DNA of 64,000 nt from contig CAXRAL010000007.1 in assembly GCA_964228815.1 (NCBI GenBank), positions 41,891 through 105,890 on the forward strand, given 5' to 3'. Below are positions 1 to 13,532 of this stretch, piece after piece. The stretch is from Candidatus Poseidoniaceae archaeon (GTDB taxonomy: Archaea; Thermoplasmatota; Poseidoniia; Poseidoniales; Poseidoniaceae). Both the position numbers and the translations under genes were made by a program. Within the stretch, counting starts at the first letter, position 1; every line of letters begins with the position of its first letter. The notes beneath the pieces are model-generated. The model was given only the letters and a program-made list of their open reading frames with translations, was not told the DNA's origin and did no database searches.

Positions 1-2042
1 AGCTCATCTTCCGTTGCATTGGCCTTCAGCCACGTGGGCGAGTTGACTTCAAAATCAGCTGATTTTGCCCAGAGCGAGACAAAATCTGGTGTGGCAACCG
101 CCAGATGGAGGAACCCAAAATCAGAGACAGGTGCATCCTTTCGAACACAACGCCTGACTGCCCTGCGAAGCCCACGTCGAAGAATGGAAGCCGAGAGCGG
201 ATCGAGATACAGTTGAGTCACTCGCTCACCCATGGCCGTGGCCTCGTAGCGCATGTCGGGGCCGTCTTCAGCGACCGGTTGAACCCAACCACCAGTTTGT
301 TCGAGTGAAGTTGCCCTCGAGAAACCGAAGGAAGGCGTTGGATGGGCGCTGCTTGTAGGTGTGAGAGGCTTGGCTCCTGGCCGTTCAGGTTCCCAGGACA
401 CACCTTGCGTGTGATGGGCGCTGGTGGCCCATGTTGGTACGGTGTCATCCCATGCTTCATCCTCATCAACGGAAGCATTGGCCCATGAAGGCGTGAAGTG
501 CTCATCGGGGCCGCATCGTCTGACAAATCGCTCCTCAACCAACCAGTCCAGCATGCTCGTGAGCCGCTCCCTGAGTTGCGACGGGGGCATGGAGGCTCCG
601 AGAAACGTGGATGAAAAGAAGTGTTCAATGGAACCCTTGTGGACGAGACCCCCCGTGGCAATGCTGGCAAGGACGTGCATCCGAAGCGCAGGCTCGGAAG
701 CCAATTTGGAGGAGATGTCTTCGATGGGGCCGAAGAAGTACCGATCCGACACTGCGTCGGCGACTTCCCATCCGTCCGTGCCCTTGCAGTAGACCCACGC
801 TTCTCCTTTGGTGTCGTACTTTGGCCGCCCCGCACGACCGAGCATCTGACGGACTTCCATGACAGGCAGCGGACGACTCATCCCGTCGTCCCACCGCTTG
901 AGGTCTCGCACCAGCACGCGTCTGGCTGGAAGGTTCACGCCTGCAGCCAAAGTTGGCGTGGCGGTGAGCGCCACCAGCAGGCCGTCTTTGAACGCCGCTT
1001 CCACGTCCTTCCGCTGGGCATTGGTGAGGCCTGCGTGGTGAAAGCCAACCCCCGAGGACAGGCAAGCGGCCAACTGCTCGGCGAGGTTGGACTGGCTTCG
1101 ACCGGTCAACTTCTCAGCCAGTTCCTTGAGAGTGGAGAGGCGTTCGGGGTTTTCCTTCTCGAGGCGTTTGCGAACCCGTTTCGCCAAATTCTTGGCCTCG
1201 GATTGAGCACTTCTTCGTGTACCCACGAACATCAACACCTGCGCACCCTGCGTCAGGCCGTCGTCCACAACGCTCCACACCGGATGACTCTTCAAGCCCT
1301 CAAGGTCCCGTGGCGGGCTCAATTTCCCATGATCACCATCATCACCCGGGGATTGGATTTTGCGCGGTTCAACATGAAAATCGTGAAACGTAGCGTACTC
1401 AAGAGCGACCGGGCGCCAGTCGGACTGAATCAACGTCGCATCAAGCCACGAAGCGAGGTCCGGTGAATTGCCAACCGTGGCCGAGAGCGCAATGATTTGG
1501 GCATCGGGTTTGATGTGGCGAAGGCGGGTGAGATTAATTTCCAACGTTGGACCGCGGGTCCCGTCGTTCATGAGGTGAAACTCATCCGCTACGACGCAGC
1601 ACACATCTGACACCAGTTCCGCACGGTGGCGGAGCAAGGAATCCAGTTTCTCAGAGGTGCAGACCAGGATGTTGCAATCGTCGATGTTCTTGGCCTCCGC
1701 TGTTGCATCGCCAATGCCCAACCCCACGGACCACCCCATCGCTCCGGCGATGGCGCTCAAATCCTCGTACTTCTCCATCGCCAACGCCTTGAGCGGCACG
1801 ATGTAGATGGCCTTTGAGCGTGAATGGCCCTCAGAAATCCGCTTGACCATGCCCATGTAGGCAAGAAGTGACTTTCCCGAAGCCGTGGGAATCGCCACCA
1901 AGGTGTTGTCACCGGCAAGGATGGACGGGGCGGCTTCTGCCTGTGGTGGATGGAGCTGTTGGATCCCCCAATCTTGAGTCAAGAACTTCGTGAAGCGAGA
2001 TGGCAAATCCAGCGATGAAACCGCTCGTTCTGCCACCTCCAT
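1..2042 (-). CDS. hel308: Hel308/Ski2-family DNA helicase (3' end runs off window start)
   Basis: Manual minus-strand translation from ATG at 2042: MEVAERAVSSLDLPSRFTKFLTQDWGIQQLHPPQAEAAPSILAGDNTLVAIPTASGKS (Walker A), IYIVPLKALAMEKYEDLS, CNILVCTSEKLDSLLRH, VVADEFHLMNDGTRG (DEFH box), GVGFHHAGL, ATPTLAAGVNLPARRVLVRDL (motif VI). Frame checked stop-free at sampled blocks 3-60, 900-960, 1020-1080 and 1560-2042. Not in supplied ORF track because it is edge-truncated. Confidence 0.75.
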   Translation of the reverse strand, partial: MEVAERAVSSLDLPSRFTKFLTQDWGIQQLHPPQAEAAPSILAGDNTLVAIPTASGKSLLAYMGMVKRISEGHSRSKAIYIVPLKALAMEKYEDLSAIAGAMGWSVGLGIGDATAEAKNIDDCNILVCTSEKLDSLLRHRAELVSDVCCVVADEFHLMNDGTRGPTLEINLTRLRHIKPDAQIIALSATVGNSPDLASWLDATLIQSDWRPVALEYATFHDFHVEPRKIQSPGDDGDHGKLSPPRDLEGLKSHPVWSVVDDGLTQGAQVLMFVGTRRSAQSEAKNLAKRVRKRLEKENPERLSTLKELAEKLTGRSQSNLAEQLAACLSSGVGFHHAGLTNAQRKDVEAAFKDGLLVALTATPTLAAGVNLPARRVLVRDLKRWDDGMSRPLPVMEVRQMLGRAGRPKYDTKGEAWVYCKGTDGWEVADAVSDRYFFGPIEDISSKLASEPALRMHVLASIATGGLVHKGSIEHFFSSTFLGASMPPSQLRERLTSMLDWLVEERFVRRCGPDEHFTPSWANASVDEDEAWDDTVPTWATSAHHTQGVSWEPERPGAKPLTPTSSAHPTPSFGFSRATSLEQTGGWVQPVAEDGPDMRYEATAMGERVTQLYLDPLSASILRRGLRRAVRRCVRKDAPVSDFGFLHLAVATPDFVSLWAKSADFEVNSPTWLKANATEDE

Positions 2043-2130
2043 ATCGCCTCATATTGGGCAGCGGTTCAAAAGGACAACGCCCCGCGTTCATTGCCGACAC
2101 TTAGAAGTCCCACCTGCGCGTGGTCAATGC

Positions 2131-2748
2131 ATGAGCGACGAACGAGATGCCATGGTCGAAGAACGACTTTCGGTGTTTGACGACGAACCTGACCTCAATG
2201 ATTGGGTCGAGGTCATGTGCGGTGCCGCCATGGCTGTGTTGGGCATCTTCCACCTCGTCGAGCCGGGCAACCTTGTCGACCCCGACATCATGCGCTGGTT
2301 TGCAGCGGCAGTGGTCGCGGCAGGAGCGGTGTGGGCAGGCCACGGACTCAAAGACATGGCCGTCAAAGAGGTGCGTCGCTCCATCGCCCTTCTCGACATG
2401 GTCAACAACGACCAGGGCGTTGATACTGGCTTGATTCGGGATGTCCTTCTCAATCAAGAAGCTTACAAGGAATTCTTGGTTCACGCCTACGAGTCGGCAT
2501 GGGAGGATGGCGTGATCACGGAAGCCGAACTCAAGGAACTCAAATCCTTCCAGGCAGCGCTCGGCATCAGCGACCAAGAAGCCGCTGATTTGAACGTCAA
2601 GGCCGCCATCAAATCCGCCGCTGCCGACGGAGAAATCACAGCAGACGAAGCCAAATCCATTGAGGCCGCCGCCAAAGCCGCCAACATGACGGAAGCGGAC
2701 ACAGCGAAGGCGGTTAGCGACCAACTCGAGAAAACCGAAGGCAACTGA
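2131..2748 (+). CDS. hypothetical protein, N-terminal TM segment plus Ala/Glu-rich TerB-like repeats
   Basis: Track ORF 1990..2748 overlaps the helicase start. The internal ATG at 2131 (MSDERDAMVEERL) gives a non-overlapping gene. Features: hydrophobic segment MCGAAMAVLGIFHLV and repeated EAELKELK / DEAKSIEAAAKAA motifs. Confidence 0.4.
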   Translation: MSDERDAMVEERLSVFDDEPDLNDWVEVMCGAAMAVLGIFHLVEPGNLVDPDIMRWFAAAVVAAGAVWAGHGLKDMAVKEVRRSIALLDMVNNDQGVDTGLIRDVLLNQEAYKEFLVHAYESAWEDGVITEAELKELKSFQAALGISDQEAADLNVKAAIKSAAADGEITADEAKSIEAAAKAANMTEADTAKAVSDQLEKTEGN

Positions 2749-4821
2749 TCAGGTCCATTGGTTGGACTCGGGAGCATAATCACGAGCCAGGGCTTCCGCC
2801 CTTGACTTGCGTTGAACCTCCAACCACGTGGCCAACAACCCAAGGCTCAGACCGACCATCATCAACCCTCCACCGTATGGCACAAACCCATCAGCGCTCT
2901 CAATACCCCATGCAGGGGGGATGTCTCTGCTGTCAAATCCGTTGGGTGGGATGAAATTCACATCGAGCAAATCAAGATCACAATCGCACAGCGAGATGGT
3001 AATGCGCTCGGGGAACAGGGCCGTTTGAAGGCGAACCCAGTCGTTCGCGTCGACCGTTGAGGGCCGGGTGGCCCACGCAGGTGCTGAAAGCGAGCCGCTT
3101 GCCGGAGCGGCGACCATCTCAGTATCAATGTGAAAGACAGAGGATGAAGGGACGTCATCCACCACCAGCATCGCCTCGAGCATCATGAGGTCGAGCAGCA
3201 GCGCCCGGCTTGCAAGAAGAATGAATCGGACGGTTTGCGCTTCGAGCATTCCTTCCTGCGTGGTGTAGGTCTCACCTTCAGCCACTTGGCCGAAGATGGC
3301 CTGGTCCAAACGCAGCGAATCAAGTTCAGGAACCACGAGTTGCCACCGACCATCCTCGAGTGGAATGGCTTGGTCGATGTCAAGTTTGAGTCGAAGACGT
3401 TCCCCCTCCAACATACCCAACGTTGCGCCCGTGTGGGTCGCAAGCGTTTGCTCGGGCACACCTTCCGCTGAAACATCCCAGAGTTGCTGAAGCCGCATGT
3501 CGATGAGCTCATCCACGGTGATCTCCTCAGGGTGTTGAACCTGATTGAACATGGCCACAGCGGGGTTGAGAACGCCGCCGACGACCAGCAACAGAACGCC
3601 CGGCACGAACAAACCGAATCGAACAGCGTAAGCGGTCGTCGGTCGAAAGGCGACAAACATGAACACGCCGAGCATCAGAAGCGACACCAACAACAAACCG
3701 ACGCCTTGGTCATTCAACTCCAAGGGCTCCTCGATGTTTCCAACGAAGGCTGATCCTTGCGGGTAGTAGCTTGCTGAGGTGAACTCCGTGGGGTCGGTCG
3801 GACCCGTTCCTTCGTACCCGAAGACACCCGTCCATGCGTAGGGTTGGATTTTGTCGGGTGAACCGTGCATGCACAACGTGTAGTCGCCGGTTGGAAGGGC
3901 TCGCCAGCGATAGGTGATGCGCAGGGATTCGCCGTCATCGTCGACCACGACCTCGGGGGTGGGTGAGAGCCGCCCAGCCGCCGTGATCAAATCGGGAATC
4001 GGATGTGGTTGCTCAATTTCGATAGGAACAAGTTCCCACTCCACCAGCAATCGAAGCACCTCGTGATCTTCAACCTCAAAAGCCCAACAATCGTGGTCGG
4101 CGCCAACCAATGCACCTCGGTGAAGATCCTCGAAGGCCGTGGAGACAGGCTGCGTCCGGGATGAGGGCTCGTCCATGTTCACTTGCGCTGCGTTCATCGA
4201 CCAAGGGATGTCCAGTTGAAGAAACGAGGCACCTCGCATGTTCAATGACCATGTCCCCGGCCGATCAAGGGTCACCGTGATCAGCAATCGGACGCTCTCA
4301 TCCTCCCACAGCACCCTGCCAGCCGACGTGTCGAGAGGCTCGTCCTCCAGCTTGTACGGTGTGGCTGCGACCTCCGGAAGCGTGCTCGCCTCAAAGGACC
4401 ACTCGTTGACGTTCTCACCGAGGATCAATCGAACATCCATCGCTGGACGAAATAGGCTCCCTGCTTCGGTCTGATGTTTGAAATCAATTTCAAGGACATC
4501 CATGAATTCGGGCAGGAGAGCAATGTGGTCTTGGCCCGGGCTCATGATGAATTCGAAGACGACGGTTTCGGGCTGCACGATGTTGGCAAAGGTCTGGTCG
4601 GAGACCTGTTCCTCACCAACAGGCGTGGGAGAAAGGACACAATCGTTGTCGGCCAGGCACGAGAAGAACAAGTCTCCTTCATCTTCGGTCAAACCAGCAG
4701 AAGCGCCCGGGACGAACGGATGGGCCAACAGCGTCAGCAGGCACGCAACGAACACGGCGCATCGGATGGGGTGAGCCGGCGCCTGCTTCATCGGGTGAAG
4801 GGTCAAGTCGCAGTATTTCAT
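2749..4821 (-). CDS. large secreted/membrane-anchored protein of unknown function
   Basis: 690-aa ORF with ATG at 4821. N-terminal signal-like segment (IRCAVFVACLLTLLAHPFVPGASAG), internal and C-terminal TM segments (GGLMMVGLSLGLLATWL followed by RKSR). Start codon overlaps the stop of the upstream SprT-like gene (4818-4821). Confidence 0.5.
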   Translation of the reverse strand: MKYCDLTLHPMKQAPAHPIRCAVFVACLLTLLAHPFVPGASAGLTEDEGDLFFSCLADNDCVLSPTPVGEEQVSDQTFANIVQPETVVFEFIMSPGQDHIALLPEFMDVLEIDFKHQTEAGSLFRPAMDVRLILGENVNEWSFEASTLPEVAATPYKLEDEPLDTSAGRVLWEDESVRLLITVTLDRPGTWSLNMRGASFLQLDIPWSMNAAQVNMDEPSSRTQPVSTAFEDLHRGALVGADHDCWAFEVEDHEVLRLLVEWELVPIEIEQPHPIPDLITAAGRLSPTPEVVVDDDGESLRITYRWRALPTGDYTLCMHGSPDKIQPYAWTGVFGYEGTGPTDPTEFTSASYYPQGSAFVGNIEEPLELNDQGVGLLLVSLLMLGVFMFVAFRPTTAYAVRFGLFVPGVLLLVVGGVLNPAVAMFNQVQHPEEITVDELIDMRLQQLWDVSAEGVPEQTLATHTGATLGMLEGERLRLKLDIDQAIPLEDGRWQLVVPELDSLRLDQAIFGQVAEGETYTTQEGMLEAQTVRFILLASRALLLDLMMLEAMLVVDDVPSSSVFHIDTEMVAAPASGSLSAPAWATRPSTVDANDWVRLQTALFPERITISLCDCDLDLLDVNFIPPNGFDSRDIPPAWGIESADGFVPYGGGLMMVGLSLGLLATWLEVQRKSRAEALARDYAPESNQWT

Positions 4822-5348
4822 TCAATGTCCCGGCTGGGCACGTCCTTGAGCACCGTTCTGCACCGCCTGCACATGTACCGTCCGCTGCCTTTTCGCTGCC
4901 GAGGGTAGCGCTCATCGCAAGTCGGACACACCCAATGCCATGAGGCTCTTGCAAGCCTTCTTGCGTGCGTGAACGCTTTTCCACGAGCCGCCGCTGTCGT
5001 GTGAGGCCAACGCGCTTCCAAGGTCCTGAAGGTGCGGTCGTGAGCGCGATGGCCCAAAACATGGAGGTATTCATGGAACAGCACGAAGGCTGCATAGTCT
5101 CGCCAGTTATCGTTGAGCAAATGCGGATTCAAGTCGACCACATCGACCCTCAGATGACCTTGTCCGTCCCTGCTCCAGCGCGTCACGCCATGGCGTTGCG
5201 TGGCGTTCGACCGTAAAACACCCAGCGGAACAGCGTCCAAACGTTGGCGACCATCCTCGTCCAGCATGCCGATGGCTATCATCTCGGCCAGCACCTCCAC
5301 CTGCAGCGCATCGAGTTCATGCTGTTGCTGAGTCGATGGTCGAGGCAT
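4818..5348 (-). CDS. SprT-like zinc metalloprotease domain protein with C-terminal zinc ribbon
   Basis: HEYLHVLGH (HExxH) at about 5061..5075 plus CPTCDERY...CRRC zinc-ribbon cysteines. 176 aa. Confidence 0.55.
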   Translation of the reverse strand: MPRPSTQQQHELDALQVEVLAEMIAIGMLDEDGRQRLDAVPLGVLRSNATQRHGVTRWSRDGQGHLRVDVVDLNPHLLNDNWRDYAAFVLFHEYLHVLGHRAHDRTFRTLEARWPHTTAAARGKAFTHARRLARASWHWVCPTCDERYPRQRKGSGRYMCRRCRTVLKDVPSRDIE

Positions 5349-5357
5349 GCCACGGCC

Positions 5358-5852
5358 TCAGGACCATCGATGATAGGCGGGGTGCCCTTCCTTCACAGCC
5401 ACGAAGAGGCCGCTCCCCGTGGCACACACCTTGCCTTCAGCCTCCAAGGTCAGTGCGACCCGAACCCTGTCGTCCAGCACCTCGGTTGGCGTGGCGTTCA
5501 CCATCAAGATCGCACCGTGAGGCGTAGGGCGACGAAGTTGGACGTCGTAGGAAGCGGTTACGGTGCAAGGTGGCTCATCAAGGCCTTGTGCATCCATGAG
5601 CGCAATGGCAGCAGCCCAATTCCCATGACAGTCAAGCAGTGTTCCGATGATGCCTCCGTTGATCATGCCAGGAAAAGCCTGGTGGTGGTCGGCTGGGACG
5701 AATTCCATGGTCAGGCCATCAGTTGTTCGGAATGAATCAATCTGCAGGCCATGTTCGTTGGCTGGACCGCAGCCAAAACAAATCGAAGTGGGAGCGTAAG
5801 TTCGTTGCACACCGAGTTCGCTCATGGAGTCCAGACCCACGACACGATTCAT
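5358..5852 (-). CDS. PaaI-family (hotdog fold) thioesterase
   Basis: MNRVVGLDSMSELGVQ...CFGCGPANEHGLQIDSF...FPGMINGGIIGTLLDCHGNWAAA is typical of the PaaI/YbgC hotdog thioesterase core. The track ORF extends to 6167 but that N-terminal part overlaps the opposite-strand M14 gene, so the internal ATG at 5852 (plus-strand cat at 5850-5852) was chosen. Confidence 0.55.
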   Translation of the reverse strand: MNRVVGLDSMSELGVQRTYAPTSICFGCGPANEHGLQIDSFRTTDGLTMEFVPADHHQAFPGMINGGIIGTLLDCHGNWAAAIALMDAQGLDEPPCTVTASYDVQLRRPTPHGAILMVNATPTEVLDDRVRVALTLEAEGKVCATGSGLFVAVKEGHPAYHRWS

Positions 5853-5909
5853 GGTTCTTCCCTCAGGGAAAAACGGAGCGTTGATGACGGGCAGGGGCGT
5901 GGGAATCGC

Positions 5910-7223
5910 ATGAGCGGGCGGAAGAAGAAAACCGTCCGCAAGGTGCGCGTGGCACATGAACTCCCCAAACGACGACGAATGGCCATCGATGAGGCGATGA
6001 AGGAACACCAAACCGAAGACCGACCTGAATGGGACCGGACCTCCGAATGGGGCGATATCCGTTTCAACCGTAAGCGCATCAAACCAGGGACACTTCGAAC
6101 CGTGCACCTTCCTTTGCTCAACGTCAGCCTTGGTGATGCGTGGCCCATCCCGGTCACCATCATTCACGGTTCAAGGCCGGGCCCTTGCATCACGGTCATC
6201 GGTGGTATCCACGGCGACGAATTGACCGGCCCCTCCGCTTGCACTCACCTCCTGAGCAATGCGTTCACGGATGAGGGAAAGCCCCTCGACCCCAAGAGCC
6301 TCGCCGGCACGCTGCGCATCGTCCCCATTGTGAACCTCCCCGGCTACCGCATGAAATCGAGGTACTTCCCAGACGGAAGGGACCTCAACCGACAATTTCC
6401 AGGCGACCCGGGTGGATCGACAACACGGCGAGTCGCCCATCAAGTCTGGACGCACCTGGTCGAGGACAGCGACGCCATCATCGACCTGCACAGCGCGGCC
6501 AAAGGACGGCGGAACATGCCGCAGGTTCGTTGTGACCTCACCCATACAAGTTCCTACTTACTCGCCAAATCCTTCGGCATTGAAATCATCCTTGACTCGG
6601 TCCCCTCCAAAGGGACGTTGCGCCGTACGGGCAACGCCGCAGACATCCCGGTGGTCACTTACGAGGGCGGCGGAGCTGATTCGCTGGGCGACCTCTCGGT
6701 CAAGGTGGCCGTCCACGGTGTCATGAACGCCCTGCGTTCGATGCGCATGGTACCCGGCAACCCTCAACGGCCCAAATTCCGAATCATGGCCAGCGGCTCA
6801 ACATGGCTGCGTGCCGCCGAGGGCGGATTGCTCGACATGTTTGTCCAAGCGGGGAGCGTCATGCGAGAGGGTGAAGTGGTGGCGACCATCTCCGACCCCG
6901 CCACGCCAGGCATGTCGGTTGACATCGTCGCACCTGAAGACGGCCTGATCATCGGTGCGGCCACGAACCCGTTTACGGCAGCCGGAATGCCGGTCGGACA
7001 TTTTTTGCCCATCTCCAAACATTTTGGCTTGCTTGAGGAACAAATCGATGAGAACGGGCAGTTTATTGTCAACGGAAGTCTTGAGGAGAAGGTGTGGCGA
7101 GAAGAGCACGAAATCAACGAAATTTCACTCGACGGTGAGTGGAGTGGTGGCGAAGTGGACTCTGAATGGATCGGCTCCAAGCCCACGAGCGAAGAAAGGG
7201 ACTTCGAAGAGGAAGCCGCCTGA
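5910..7223 (+). CDS. succinylglutamate desuccinylase/aspartoacylase (AstE/AspA, M14-like) family protein with basic N-terminal and acidic C-terminal extensions
   Basis: ITVIGGIHGDELTG, IVPIVNLPGY, RDLNRQFPG and IIDLHSA motifs match the AstE_AspA zinc hydrolase family. ATG at 5910 (MSGRKKK). The track start at 5751 lies inside the divergent PaaI gene. Confidence 0.6.
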   Translation: MSGRKKKTVRKVRVAHELPKRRRMAIDEAMKEHQTEDRPEWDRTSEWGDIRFNRKRIKPGTLRTVHLPLLNVSLGDAWPIPVTIIHGSRPGPCITVIGGIHGDELTGPSACTHLLSNAFTDEGKPLDPKSLAGTLRIVPIVNLPGYRMKSRYFPDGRDLNRQFPGDPGGSTTRRVAHQVWTHLVEDSDAIIDLHSAAKGRRNMPQVRCDLTHTSSYLLAKSFGIEIILDSVPSKGTLRRTGNAADIPVVTYEGGGADSLGDLSVKVAVHGVMNALRSMRMVPGNPQRPKFRIMASGSTWLRAAEGGLLDMFVQAGSVMREGEVVATISDPATPGMSVDIVAPEDGLIIGAATNPFTAAGMPVGHFLPISKHFGLLEEQIDENGQFIVNGSLEEKVWREEHEINEISLDGEWSGGEVDSEWIGSKPTSEERDFEEEAA

Positions 7224-8489
7224 TCAAGAGGCACTGAAGGCTGCGACCGCTGCGTGAATTTCCTCGTCGAGCATGTTTCGCTTCTGGCTCTTGGCCACCT
7301 CAAACAGGTGAGCGACCAAGTCCTCCTGAGGTTCAATGCCCTCTTGTTCCAACCACCAAATGATGTTCGAACGACCGGACATGTGCCCGATTCGAATGAC
7401 CTGCTTCAAACCAAAATCGCCGGCAGGAACGCCGGAGTAGACACGGTCAGCGAGCCAGTTGTCACCTTTTCGCATGGCCTTGATGACAGCTGAAGCGTGC
7501 ACGCCGGTACCGGTTTCAAATGCATCTTCACCGAAGACAGGGTAGTTTCGTGGCAGCGGGACCTCGATGTATTCGTTGGCCTTCTGCATGTAGGTGTCCA
7601 GCAACGTCAAGTCGTTGTCTATGACGCCCATGAGCTTCAAGTTGACCAAGGTCTGGTCGAGCGGGGCGTTCCCGGCTCGCTCTCCGACACCAAGGGCCGT
7701 GCCGTGAATCACATCGGCGCCGGCTTCCACGGCAGCGATGTTGTTGGCCACGCCAAGACCACGGTCTTGATGGCCGTGCCAGTTGACTTCGATGTCCCGG
7801 CGCTGGTAACCTGCGTCCTTGATGACCTCCTCGTCGATGAAGGCGAGGAGTTTCTTGACGCCGTTGGGCGTGACATGACCGCAGGTATCACAAACGCAAA
7901 GGCGACGCACACCAAGTTCCATGGCACGCTGATAGATCATCTTGACATCCTCGGGATTGGACCGTGTGGTGTCCTCGGTTACAAACATCACGGCGACGTC
8001 GTTTTCGACGGCATAGGAGACGGCCTTTTCCATCGTGGTCATGAGTTTCTCCATCGTCCAGCCTTCGGTGTACTGACGGATGGGGCTGGTGCCCAGGAAG
8101 GCGGAGGCCTGGATTTCCATTTCGTGCTTGGCCTGCATCTCCCCCAGCGGTTCGATATCTCCCATCAAGGTTCGAACAGCCGCACCCGGGCGGATGGCGT
8201 AGTCGTTGTCCCGGATGTGGGTGAGCATGGCATCGATGTGGTTGCGGTGGAACGGGCCAGCCCCTGGCAGGCCGAGGTCAACCTTTTGCAAACCGAGTTG
8301 CTCCATGTAGCCGAGAAGTTCGATTTTTTGCTCGATCGTGGGATTACGGGCGCTGGGGCTCTGAAGCCCGTCGCGCAAGGTTTCATCATCAAACCAAACC
8401 CCGTGAGGATGGTTGTTCGCATCACGTTTGAAGTCGTACTCCACCGTGTTCCAATCGTAAATCAAAGAACGCTCGTCCATCAATCTCAC
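7224..8489 (-). CDS. 2-isopropylmalate synthase / homocitrate synthase family (HMGL-like, LeuA-type) protein
   Basis: FDDETLRDGLQSPS (DxxLRDGxQ motif), HxH motif region VNWHGHQDRGLGVANN, TIM-barrel-length 421 aa with no C-terminal regulatory domain. Confidence 0.55.
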   Translation of the reverse strand: MRLMDERSLIYDWNTVEYDFKRDANNHPHGVWFDDETLRDGLQSPSARNPTIEQKIELLGYMEQLGLQKVDLGLPGAGPFHRNHIDAMLTHIRDNDYAIRPGAAVRTLMGDIEPLGEMQAKHEMEIQASAFLGTSPIRQYTEGWTMEKLMTTMEKAVSYAVENDVAVMFVTEDTTRSNPEDVKMIYQRAMELGVRRLCVCDTCGHVTPNGVKKLLAFIDEEVIKDAGYQRRDIEVNWHGHQDRGLGVANNIAAVEAGADVIHGTALGVGERAGNAPLDQTLVNLKLMGVIDNDLTLLDTYMQKANEYIEVPLPRNYPVFGEDAFETGTGVHASAVIKAMRKGDNWLADRVYSGVPAGDFGLKQVIRIGHMSGRSNIIWWLEQEGIEPQEDLVAHLFEVAKSQKRNMLDEEIHAAVAAFSAS

Positions 8490-8588
8490 CGCAGGAGGGA
8501 AGGCCCCTTGCGAACCGAAGACATCGGCATCCCGTTTGAATGCGTCGCTCGCTTGCGTTGCCGCCCGATACCGAAGATGAGGGATGCA

Positions 8589-13254
<4,666 letters not shown>

Positions 13255-13341
13255 TCAGAACGTGTTAAAATCGGCAGGCTGCGGGCGATTTTGGTCATTC
13301 AAGAACGCCGCTTTCCTCCTTCAAAATATACTGCTCGCCAC

Positions 13342-13359
13342 GGGGTATAAACATACCCC
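13342..13359. promoter_or_regulatory. perfect 7-bp inverted repeat GGGGTAT-aaac-ATACCCC containing a TATAAA box, in the AT-rich gyrB/aroD divergent intergenic region
   Basis: Read directly: 13342 ggggtataaacatacccc 13359. Followed by direct repeats at.cccctttt.tatcac at 13353..13369 and 13408..13425. Confidence 0.3.
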
Positions 13360-13532
13360 TTTTTATCACAGAAAAACGATGGATTGCGGCCCATTTTTTG
13401 CCACCGAATGCCCCTTTACTATCACCACTAAACCTCAATGCTCATCAAACAACAGGTGACGGTGGTTTTGGTGAAAAAAAGCGATGATGAAGCCAGCGTG
13501 ACCGTTAAGAAGAGGGGTCAGATGGGTGCTGC

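Noticed and set aside
13262-13459. 65-aa ORF in the gyrB/aroD intergenic region
   Set aside because: Lies in AT-rich DNA full of palindromic/repeat elements with no coding-like composition; treated as regulatory DNA.
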